Origin: Podarcis erhardii
Lineage: Eukaryota
Length of the DNA stretch: 64,000 bases
Assembly (NCBI GenBank): GCA_964252035.1
Contig: OZ176206.1
Reading direction: 5' to 3' (one strand)
Below the pieces are notes generated by a model, which worked only from the letters and a program-made list of their open reading frames with translations, was not told where the DNA came from and searched no databases. Position numbers and translations under genes: made by a program. Shown one piece after another: positions 1-24,575 of this stretch. The stretch's first letter is position 1, and every line of letters begins with the position of its first letter.

Positions 1-172
1 GACATGGCACATGATGCCAGTCACGTGATGTGAACCCCAGAATAGGGCTTGTCTTTCACTTTGTTTCTGGTTGCGTAGCCCTGTATAAAACAGTGGGGGA
101 AATGTGTGTTTGGGGCCGAGGGGAGACATGCAGGATTTTCAATGTGACTTGGTTTCTCTCCTCTATCCTCAG

Positions 173-13194
<13,022 letters not shown>

Positions 13195-16100
13195 TGGCTG
13201 ATCTCCAAGGAGCTGCCTTGATAAGCGTTTCTCTTGCGGGAGGAGTTGCTGGAGAAGAGGAGGCTGCCTGTGGCTGCATTAGGAGCCAGGACTCTTTCCC
13301 TCTCTCTCTTCTTCAAATGGAGCTGCTGAAGTGGGAGATCTGCTCCAGACCTAAACAGCCTATTGTCACGATGGGTGATGCTTGGCTCAGATACCTGGAT
13401 CCTTTAGACTTGCTGCGGAAATAGTATAAATATATACATGAGATACTAGCAAGCTCAAGCTGCAGGGATCTGCTTCGTATGTAACTGTGTGAGGTTAAGG
13501 ACACCTTCAAATGATTGTGGGGTTTTCTTTCTATTTTTTCCCCTTCTGTGCAACCTGCTTTTGGTTGATTATCCTTATTCTAAGCCCACAAGGATCCTGT
13601 TTCAGTACCTGCCGGTCCTGTATATTTGTTCTTAAATGCTGCACCAAAAGTGGAATGTCCAGTGGAACTTGGGGCTACTTCACCCGTGTGACTTCTTTCT
13701 CCCTCCACCCAATATTGTTTAAACCAGATCACTCTAAAAAGTCAGAGTCTTATGCAGATGTCAAGACACTTGGGTCACGATGTTAACTTCTTGCACAAGA
13801 GAGTTGGGGTGGGTCTCCTTCACGCTCGTTCTTGCGGGGGAGTTTCCGGTAAGGGAGTTGAATCAGAGCAGCTGACTTGTTAACGCTGAACCCAACCGAT
13901 GTTGGACTTCATTGGGAGTTGCCTGTCCATTAAAGAGTGGATCCTTCTAAGAGTCCAGTTCTCAGCTGCCTCCCTGGAAAAACAAAGAACACCCCTTACT
14001 GTGGAATGGCAGTGAACACAACGGGGGAAGATGCCTCTAAAATAAAACAAAATATTTGTGGAACGCATTTTGTGTTATTGTTATTGAACAGTTCGTACTT
14101 CTACGCATTTGGGGATAACTTTGATTATAACCGCAATGTTGTAAGCCACCCTTCTTTCATCTAGTGCCATTGATATTTCGGACTCCCGACTCCCATCATC
14201 CCCAGCGAACATGGCTGATGGTCAGTGATTATGGGAGTTTTAGTTCAACAGTGTGTGGACAGCACCAAGCTTGGAGAAGGCTGCTGTAATATTTGTCAGC
14301 TACTGCTTTTATAACATTATTCTACTGGAAAATTTGTTTAATTGAAATATTTCTAAGCGGTTTTTCTATGCAGCTTGCAAGAGTGAAAATAATGTAAAAA
14401 AGAAAAGAACCCTTCCACACAAATATCTTCTTTGTTCCCCCAACTGTCCAAGATAAAAACCAATACATGTACTAATTAAACCACTCTTCACAGCACTGCT
14501 AACCCAGAGTCCAAGGCAGGCAGGACTTTACCACCATCCTAGTAACAACTACTTAATATTACTCTAGCTAAAGCTATTGAACCTGGGAGCTTCATATCGG
14601 ATGATATGGAGGCAATGTGTTCTTGTTGCGGGAGTTCACTGGCTGTGTTTGGCAGAGCTGAGCAAAGAATGTACCGGTATGTACTGGACCCTCCCCCCGA
14701 GAAGCAGAGGCACAGTGAAATATAGCAACTTGTTTCTTATTTCCTTTAAAGAAAAGGCTGTGCTCAGAGTTGTTTACCTTGATTATTTATTTGCAGTCTT
14801 CAGCCATAATGGTTCTCAAAGCGGTTTCAGGATAATAAAATCAGATTTATAGGTGGTCCCCGCCGTTCTCACTGTGATGCATCCCTGGAAATATATGCAA
14901 GCACTGGAAAAGGTACATTTCTAAAACAGCATGATGGCTCTGGTCTGAGAGAGTGCCAGAGGGGAGAGGTTAGACCTTAGCAGCAGGGATGGATTTTGCA
15001 GGGGGGGGCGTGTTGGGGTGCCCATTAGTAAGCTCTGTCCACCTTTCACAGAATCACTGTTTAAATTTTCCATAGTGCCCTGGATTGATACTTTAGGGTA
15101 TATGTTTTTCTGTATACATATATGCATCCTGAGCACTAACACTCCAACAGATCTTGCGTCCCCATTAGGTTTCCGGGGGGGGGGGTCACCAAAGTCACAA
15201 CTCTGTTTCTCAACACAGAACAGTTTCAGCTTCTCTGTGTCTTTTAAATGCAAACTGGATCAGATTTCTCTCTCATCCCCCAGTGCTATTTTTCTAGAAA
15301 AAGAGGTGCCAGAACTCACCATGAACACCTCCCTCATTCTCTTAGAATGGCAATGGTGCCCACCTGAGAGGTGCTGGAACTGAGTTCCTGTGAGTTTCCC
15401 CTGGAAAAAAAAGCTCTGTTCCTTCCTAACAGAAGCCCACATATGCACATACTCATTAGTAGGGATGGGATTCGCAATCACAGACTGACGTGACAAGTCC
15501 CCCCACCCCCGCAATTCCCTAGGACAAACACTATTCATTTTGCAAAATGGTTCATAAAAACTCAAACAGGGAACCTTTGGACTATTCTTATCACCTAATT
15601 GGCTTTGATTCTTCGAAAAATTATGAGCCCTGTAAATGTAAAGCTTCTCATTACCCATTATCGCCATCCATTTGTATGCCCCCAGAGGTATTGAATTTTA
15701 TCTTGAGTTGTGCACAATGTGAAGTCATCAAAACGCAACGTCCATTTCAGTTAGTTTTTACAGAATCATACCCAGCTTTTTAAAAGTGTGTATTTGGGTA
15801 GAGGAAGTTACTTGGATGTTGTTTCTGTGTCAGTCTATCTATCTATCTATCTATCTATCTATTATTTATATATTATTTGCCACAAGAAGACTGGGAAAGA
15901 ATCAAAGTGAAACAAATCACTTGCACGTTTTGCTAGTAAGTAACCAGGATTGAACTGGATAGAATTAACTGCAGAATAAACATGCATTGGATCAGGATAA
16001 ATGTTCTCCATTCCTAATTCATTCTCTCTTCTCCTCACCCCACACTCTCTTTCCTTCCCTCCTTCCCCTCCCCCTCCTTTTCTCTTTCTTCCCTTCCCTG

Positions 16101-17140
16101 TGCTTGGAGGCCAAGCCCCCATGGTGTTCTCTTGGACTTACTGCTACTATAGCTGCCATAGCAAACCTTATCCTCTCTCTTCCTCTCCAAACCTGCTTTT
16201 AATAGTCCCCACTCCATGATTTAGAATACATTCACAGGGTGGTGTTTGCCCACAAGTGATATAGAAGTCAATGGGTATGGCATGAGACACTCAGACTAAC
16301 ACAGAAGTCTTGACTTTCCAGGCCAGGGTATGGGTTGTATTCATGAATTCTGTGTCTTTAACAATATGCTACTTGCTCAATATAGAAAAGAAATACGACC
16401 CCCCCCCCAAAAAAATCCAGTAACATTTACATTTTAGGTGAAAATATTTACTGCCTGTCCTCCCCAATGTTAAAAAGTCTCTGGATTGTTTCCTCTTTCA
16501 TGTGAGAAATAAATGAAAAACATCACATGATGAACTGAGGGCGAGAAATGAGAACCCTTGCGCAATTAAGAAATGACCTCTGTTTTCTTTATAAAGCTAG
16601 GCTTGAACCAGTAAGCTTTATGACCTCCCTCTGCCCCCAAGTGAACAATCCTGTCCTCATGCACTGGAGAGACAAAACAGATAAGAAACACGAGAACAAA
16701 TGTTAATGGCTCCTTTAGCACCTCCATAAAACAGAGTTCAAGGAAATACACAGTTCGAGAAACAGTTGCAACATTATAATGGCATCTTCTAAACAGCTGC
16801 CCTTCAGTTTTGGTTTTTTTGGATTTTGTGTGTGTGTGTGTGTGCTGCAAAAAAATCTCCTGTGAAAATGCCAACAGTCACTCGAAACCTGATCGGCTCT
16901 CAAACATTCATGAACATGCAAACAAGGAAAAGCTCAGTATCAAATTTGTCTTTTCTGAATGTTGTTTTCACCCCTACTCGTTAGGCAAATAGAAGGGGAA
17001 AGTCTTCTGCACAAAGTGAAGTTGTGCGTGCTACAGTTTCCTTTAAAGGAAGAAAGAGACTATTGATTTGAAGTCTGGCACACGTTATGCTGTTTGGGTG
17101 AGGCAAAACATGACCTCTTCACCACCTCTACACATACCCT

Positions 17141-17265
17141 CTGGGAAATGGGAAATTAATAGCCAATAATAGTTCTTTATTGCTGCTTTCTTGACTTGGA
17201 ACCATGTTGGGAAATCTTCCCAATATAAGCCTCCTGGAGTGTCATTGGTCCCAGCAAGTATATAA
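17141..17265 (+). promoter_or_regulatory. Candidate ficolin core promoter
   Basis: TATATAA 17259-17265, CCAAT 17220-17224, ATTGG 17244-17248, CTGGGAA 17141-17147, immediately upstream of exon 1. Confidence 0.55.
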
Positions 17266-17314
17266 GGAGAGCAGGACAGGGAGACAGTAAATTGCACAGA
17301 GGAACAAGGAAGCC

Positions 17315-17405
17315 ATGCATCTGGAGCTGTGTTGCAGGGTTTTTGCAGTCTTGCTCTGTTTTCCCACCTGGATGGAGGCAACTGGTGATTCCAACAAATG
17401 CGCAG
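17315..17405 (+). CDS. FCN3: Ficolin exon 1, signal peptide
   Basis: agccATG good Kozak context; [30 protein letters not shown]; donor CAG|gtaaga; TATA box about 55 bp upstream. Confidence 0.8.
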
Positions 17406-18101
17406 GTAAGAGATTTTAATTTCTTGCCAGTAAGTAAAGCCATTTTATACCATGTCAGGCCAATGGTCCTGCCAGCTCCATATTGGCAGCTCTCCATGAT
17501 TCATATGGAGGGTGGGAGGAGAGTCTTCCCCAGTCGTACTTGGAGATGCCATGGTTGAGCCTGGGACCTTCTGCATGAAAAGCATGTGTTCCACAAATGA
17601 ACCATGGCTTCTTCCACCCTTGGAGAATGCTGGACATCACACAAAGATCATGATGGGAGGAGTGGTTTCTACATTTTTGTGAGTCGTTTTTACATACTTA
17701 AAGGTTGGCATATCCCTGGGTACACAGAAATATATATGCATGTAAATTATTGTTTTTTAAAAGCAAAACACCAAATGGTCTGATGAGGACCTTTGAACTT
17801 CTGAAAGCATTCATGTGTCAGATGAGATTTTGTGGGGTGGGTGAGGTGGAGACGGAAGAGGGAACTGGTGTGCTCAAGCCCTTAATAGTTTCTGGTAGAT
17901 AAACTAGGGTTGGAGGAATGTGAGCTGAGAGGCTAAATAATTCAGCTCCCAGAATTATTTCAGGAGGATGAAAGGGGGGACATATTTTCCAGCTGTTCAG
18001 AACCTCCACCCCAAGATATAGCAATAGGTTTCAATCCTGAGTCCTAGAAAGCAAGGCATCGGAGCCTGGGAAAGGGGAAAGATGACTGTTTCCCTTTCCT
18101 G

Positions 18102-18184
<83 letters not shown>

Positions 18185-21100
18185 TGGTTATAAGGTTTTC
18201 TGAAGCCCTGAGCAAAAGCATTCCTCTTAACAGGTGGGGATACACTGCAACATTTTGTTTTAGGTACCACCTGATATTTATTTATTTCTACCTTTCCCAC
18301 TTGATTTTCATCCGCCTCTGTGGAGTTGTGCTGTCCTTTGAATTGTGACACTGGTGCAGTACCGACTACTATTAGGCAAAGGGAGGTGACTGCCTCAAAC
18401 AGCAGATGTTAGGGCAATGGAAGCACCTGCCTGGCTGTTTTCCCCATGTCCCCCGGTTGAAACTTTCTCCTCTGATAGAGTTGTCAGTGTCACATGCCCT
18501 GCCCTATACCCCTAGATACTAAGCAGCCAGTCCTGGATCGTGGTCCTCTGCATAATGCCCAGGGGTGTAAGTGTTTACTGAACATAGCAGGGGTAAGGAG
18601 CTCCTGGTCTGTGGGGCAATTTTGGCCCAGCACAGGTCCCAATTTGGCCCGTGGAGCCATTTTCCTCAAACCATGCCCACCTGCCCCACACCTGGGCCAA
18701 TGTGTAACATCAGGTGTGGAGCAGGTTGGGATGCAGCTGGCACGGCTGCACATGCCAGTTCCCCATGGATAGCACAGCTGATCCTTGCAGAGAGAAAGGT
18801 TGCTCGCTGCTTGTCAGCTGATGGGCGGTGACTTCAAGCCTGCTGCATCAGGGAGGAACTGGATTGTGCAGCTGATCCCTACAGAAAGGGAAGTGTTGAG
18901 CATATAGGGATGGCAAAGTTCCTTGACCTGTGCTTCCCAATGACAGAATATCATGGTGAAATGAAAATGGGCAGTTCAAGGACACATTCCAGCCAGGCAT
19001 AAAAGAAGGTGTGTAGCTTGTTGAAGACTGATGAAGGCCAGAAAAGAGAGGCCTCGAGGGCCACATGTGAGCCTCCCCATTGTTGAAACAGGGTCTAATC
19101 TCAGGTGGACACTGACGTTAACATAGGGGGTGAAATACTTCATTCCCTATCTTTTCCCACAGAAGTGAAGATTGTGGGTCTTTTGGGTGATGAGAAGCTT
19201 TGCTTTCCTGAAGGGATGTCCTGGGTTTCCTGGAGTGGCAGGAACCCCTGAGAATCCTGGGAGCTGTAGTTTGTTAATGGTGCTGAGAGTTGTTAAGAGA
19301 CCCCAATTCTCCTCACAGAGCTGCCGTTTCCAGAGTTCCCTGAGAAGAGGCATTGATTGTAAAACCACTTTGGGGTTTCTAACTCTGTGAGGGGAGTAGG
19401 ATCTGTCCCACCTCTTAAAAACAAACATTCCAGATCCTAGATATGCCAAAAACAGAAATAAAGAGAAGCATGGCAATCTTCAGTTTAGCAAAGCCAGGGA
19501 TTGATTTTGGATGGCAGGTGTGAAACTTGATACCTGCAGCACTTGTTGGGAGGAACTTAGCCTGTAGACTCCCTTCGGTCTACCAGCTGACCTCATGACT
19601 ACAACATCAACCTAAGTTTTGTACCCTTCCCCCACTCCCCTATTTGCCTCAACTCTCTACCCCACCCTTTATGGGTGACATCTGGAGAACTGGAAAGTGT
19701 GCCACAAGTTTGTGACATTTGGTGAGTCCTAATCAAGGTATTAGGGACACGGGTGGTGCTGTGGGTTAAACCAGAGAGCCTAGGACTTGCCGATCAGAAG
19801 GTCAGCGGTTCGAATCCCCACGACGGGGTGAGCTCCCGTTGCTCGGTCCCTGCTCCTGTCAACCTAGCAGTTCGAAAGCAAGCGAAAAAGTGTAAGTAGA
19901 TAAATAGGTACCGCTCTGGCGGGAAGGTAAACGGCATTTCCATGCACTGCTCTGGTTTGTCAGAAGCGGCTTAGTCATGCTGGCCACATGACCCGGAAGC
20001 TGTACACCGGCTCCCTCGGCCAATAAAGCGAGATGAGCGCCGCAACCCCAGAGTCGGCCACGACTAGACCTAATGGTCAGGGGTCCCTTTACCTTTACCT
20101 TAATCAAGGTATTGCCCAATTGCGGGTTTTGGAATCATTTCGCCTTCAGTGTATTGTTACGATTTGCTTAGTAACAAGTTTTTTTTTTTAAATATCAGGT
20201 GATCGAGGAGATCTTTTGGCCCTCTGCCAATCCGGTGAGTTTTTTTCTTGCTTCTCTTGGGAAATGCACCCTCTGCCATCTAGTGGCTCAACTTTATAAT
20301 AATCCTCAAACTCTAATAATATAAAATCGCAAGGATGTTGTCGCTTTGCAGTTCAGTTTGCCCCAGACAGGTGGCACTTAGAACTACAGTGTGACGAGCT
20401 ACTGGGCTGTCCGGCAGGTGGACCAATGGACAGAGATGCAGGTCAAGGTAATGTGAGGAGGAGAGGCAGGTGGGCAGCTCAGGCGATTAACCCAGGTGAA
20501 GCAAAGGGGAGGGATCTGGAGAACAGAGATGAGGGTGGGCAGCCCAGGCAAGTAGCCCAGGTGAGGAAAGGATGAAGGAACTGGAGGACAGAGATGCAGG
20601 CAAGCCAGCAGGGGGCTCAGGTGAGTTGCAGAGACCTGGTGAGGTCCAAGGTTTTCTTTTGTGAAGTGCAAAGGGAGGGAGGAGGGTTGGCCAGGGAAGG
20701 AAGGTTGACAGAGTTCAAAGGAAGGGGGGCAGCAGTTGGTGAGCTGGAAAGGGAGGGTGTAGGGGGTTGGCGAGAGAAGCAAGTAGGGCTTCAACCCTAG
20801 TGTACTATATGTTGTTGTTTAGTCGTGTCCGACTCTTCGTGACCCCATGGACCAGAGCTCGCCAGGCACTCCTGTCTTCCGCTGCCTCCTGCAGTTTGGT
20901 CAAACTCATGCTGGTAGCTTCGTAAACACTGTCCAACCATCTCGTTCCTCTGTCGTCCCCTTCTCCCTGTGCCCTCAATCTTTCCCAACATCAGGGTCTT
21001 TTCCAGGGAGTCTTCTCTTCCCATGAGGTGGCCAAAGTATTGGAGCCTCAGCTTCAGGATCCAGTGAGCACTCAGGACTGATTTCCTTAAGAATGGATAG

Positions 21101-23120
21101 GTTTCATATTTTTGCTGTCTATGGGACTCTCAAGAGTCTCCTCCAACACCATAATTCAAAAGCATCAATTCTTCAGTGATCAGCCTTCTTTATGGTCCAG
21201 CTCTCACTTCCATACATCACATGGTACACAAAGACAACAGTGTACTATATAATGATCCACAAACTGCCCCCAAATACCTACACCATGGGTAGTCAACATG
21301 GTGCCACCAGGGATGATGGGAATTGTAGTCCAGCAGCATCTGAACGGCACCACGTTGCCTACCCTAATTGCTTATGTGACAGTAGTTCCTCAGGACTGCC
21401 ACGATAAGGAAGCGAGTCCATTGTGAGCTCTTCAAAGCCTCCCACAATTCTCCTTTCTTCAAAGGCATATGCGGACTTTGAAATCCCACAGCTTTTCTTC
21501 CTTCCTTTCATTCATTCATTATATATGGTTTAACATTCCCTTTTCGTGGTACGAAACGCGACTGAGCTGCTGATAAAATCCCAACATCATTAGGCAAAGC
21601 AGGGGCTGCTTCTAAATGCTTCAAAAGCCCCAGTGAATGAAGTTTCACATGCCTTATAAATGTAGAAGTGTTATAAAACGTAGAGATAAAAGGATGTCTC
21701 TTTTACCCAAGGGCCAGTTTAAAAATGTGGAGTAAAATTTGTAATCTGCATTAGCGACCTGTAGGAACACTTCTAGGCTAAAAGCAGACAGACTAAACAA
21801 GATCACTCTCACAAACACAAATAGCAAAATGAGAAACCCAGCTTTTGTGTGGACATTTTATAGTATACAATGTGAAAAAAGTGAGCTTTAAACTGTGTTG
21901 TAAGCAACAGTAATATTACATTAAACCAGCAGCTCCCAAACTTTTTTGTCCTCTGCCCCCTTGGTTCCACAAACTCATCCCCAGTGCTCCCTACCCCACC
22001 CTATAAAAATATTTATTCAGAATAGTGGTTTGGACAGCCCAATAGGGAAGATAATAACATAATAAAATTCACAACAGTCACAATTAATTGCACATTCATT
22101 CAAAATCCAATTAAAACCAATTAGTCAGATAATTCAACAAAACCAATGAACTTGATCCAGTGATCCCAGCTTTTCAAAATCTCATTCACACTTCCAGCAC
22201 TCCCCACCCTAGGTAATCCCCCCACCCCCGGGGGTGGTACCACCCTCTTTGGGAACCGCTGCATTAAACAAGTGAAAATGAACCTATGGAGTGGTCTTAA
22301 TGCACTGTCATCAATATCTGCAGGTTTTTTCATTGGTAGCACTGATGTTATGAAATTCACTCCCTGCTGGATAAGAGAGGCCCCCATCTGTATTGGCATT
22401 CTGCTGGCTTTCGAACTGTTTGCACAGGCATTCCTTTGACATCTTGACCTATTTAATTGGTGTTCTGGTTTAGCAGGATTTAATTCTGGATTTTAGAGTT
22501 GTTGTTTTTTATTATTATTTCGGTGTCATGACTTGGATTTTAGAGTTTTAATTGGATCCTTTTATTATGTGTTTTTATTCCAGATGCTTATATCTATCTT
22601 AATGTTTCTCTCATTGGTTTTTATACTTGTAAACAGCTTAGAAGCCTAATTTGGCATTAAGTGGCATATAAATAATAATCATATAATGACCGTAATTGGG
22701 AGCTGTGGTGGTATCCCTAGCTTGCTACATTTCCTGCCTCCATTGCCTTTCATCTTGCCTTTTGTCATTTGGCATATTCTCCCAGCACCAAGAAGCTGCA
22801 AGGAGCTGCTGAGCAAGGGGGAGTTCCTGAGCGGCTGGTACACCATCTATCTGCCAGGCTGCTGGCCCCTGAGGGTCTTCTGTGACATGGATACTGATGG
22901 AGGGGGCTGGCTGGTGAGTGGCTGCTTTGAGGTGAAGGCCCTGTATTGTTATTGGGATTTTTTGCTCCCGTTGGGTTTGATAATTTATTTATTAAACTTA
23001 TTCGCCGCTTGTCATGTAAACGGTCTCCTAGTAATTTGCACTTTAAAAAAACTTTTACACAAATAACATAGAGAAGAAAATTTATGTAAAACATTAACAT
23101 TCCATACAGCATGGGAAAAT

Positions 23121-23173
<53 letters not shown>

Positions 23174-24493
23174 TTACAGCAATGGAAAACTTTGTAATTA
23201 TGCTAACTTAAGAACATGGCAGTTTTTCCAACCCACTAACCAGCAGATTAAAATAAAAACACAAACACTGATCCTCCTGCACTCCGTTGCCCAGAAGTTG
23301 GCCGTCTTAAAAATCCCCTTCCCATACCTTCCAACACAACGCAGCCCAAATCCAGGATCTCATTTTCCAGGTCCGCATTTCCATGCCTGTGAAACCTAGG
23401 GTGGGAAGTCTCTTGCACTCCAAATGTTTCTGGATTCGAACTCTTAGCAGCCCTATCAGGCATGGTCAATAGCTAGGGGTGCTGGGATGTGAAGTCAAGC
23501 AAAAACTAGGACGCCATAGCCCCTGCCACTCAAACACTGGATGTGAGAGGCTGAATGAGAAAACAATACATTTACAGGCGATGTACTCATTTTTTTCTGC
23601 TATGTTTGTTTCTATATCTCTTTCTCAGGTGTTTCAGAAGCGGTTGGATGGGTCTGTTGATTTCTACCGTACCTGGAATGACTACAAGAAAGGCTTTGGG
23701 AACCAGCTATCAGAATTCTGGCTGGGCAACGAAAACATTCATCTCCTGACACGGGAGGGTAATCCCGCCTTTGATCTGGGGATAAGGGTGGAGGGGAAAT
23801 TAGATTTGGTTTACAATGTAAGCTGAAGTTGCACAGCCATACCTCGAAATCCACACTTCTCTGAATTTTGCAGTGCAGTTCTCCAGTTAAGTAATGTTAC
23901 AAAAAGTGCATGTGCAAGGGTAAAGTCTACATACAAATGGGGTAAAGTCTGCATACAAATGAATGTATTAGAAACAGCATACTATTGGGGAAAATAGTGT
24001 GCATAAATGTGTATATTCGCACACAAATGCATTCATTCATTCAAAACTGATGTCAACATGTGGGGAACTGAACTTAAGACTGGAAATCTGAAAGAAACCA
24101 GAAAGGACTTAGGTGCCAATCCTCATCTGGAAAAACATTCTTTCCAGGCCAGTAGCAGGGACCTGCTATGCTATTGTGAGCCTCTGGGAGTCAAAAGAGA
24201 GCTGTGTTTTTATTCCATCACAACAATAATATTGGATTTATTTGCAGCAGCCTATCTGTGCAGGATTTAAAAATACAATGTCTCCACTACCCTCTTCAAC
24301 CCCACTCTTCTAATAGCAGCCCCCAGTTCAAAATTTTAAGACACCCAGTGATGTGTTTTGATATGACAGGCGCAAGAACCATTTTTTAAGGCAGCCCTGT
24401 TTAGGGAAGCTTTTCATGTTCAATGGTTATTGTATTTTAGTGTTTTGTTGGAAGCCACCCAGAGTGGAAACCCAGCCAGATGGGCGGGGTATA

Positions 24494-24575
<82 letters not shown>

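Noticed and set aside
13230-14640. Recurrent TTGCGGG(G)AG motif, three times in the putative CD164L2 3' UTR
   Set aside because: Short and variably spaced, also seen outside the UTR (about 28528); cannot be distinguished from chance.
19743-19830. tRNA-like A/B boxes (also at about 41.0k, 41.5k, 41.9k)
   Set aside because: They are SINE heads; no cloverleaf or acceptor stem is seen.
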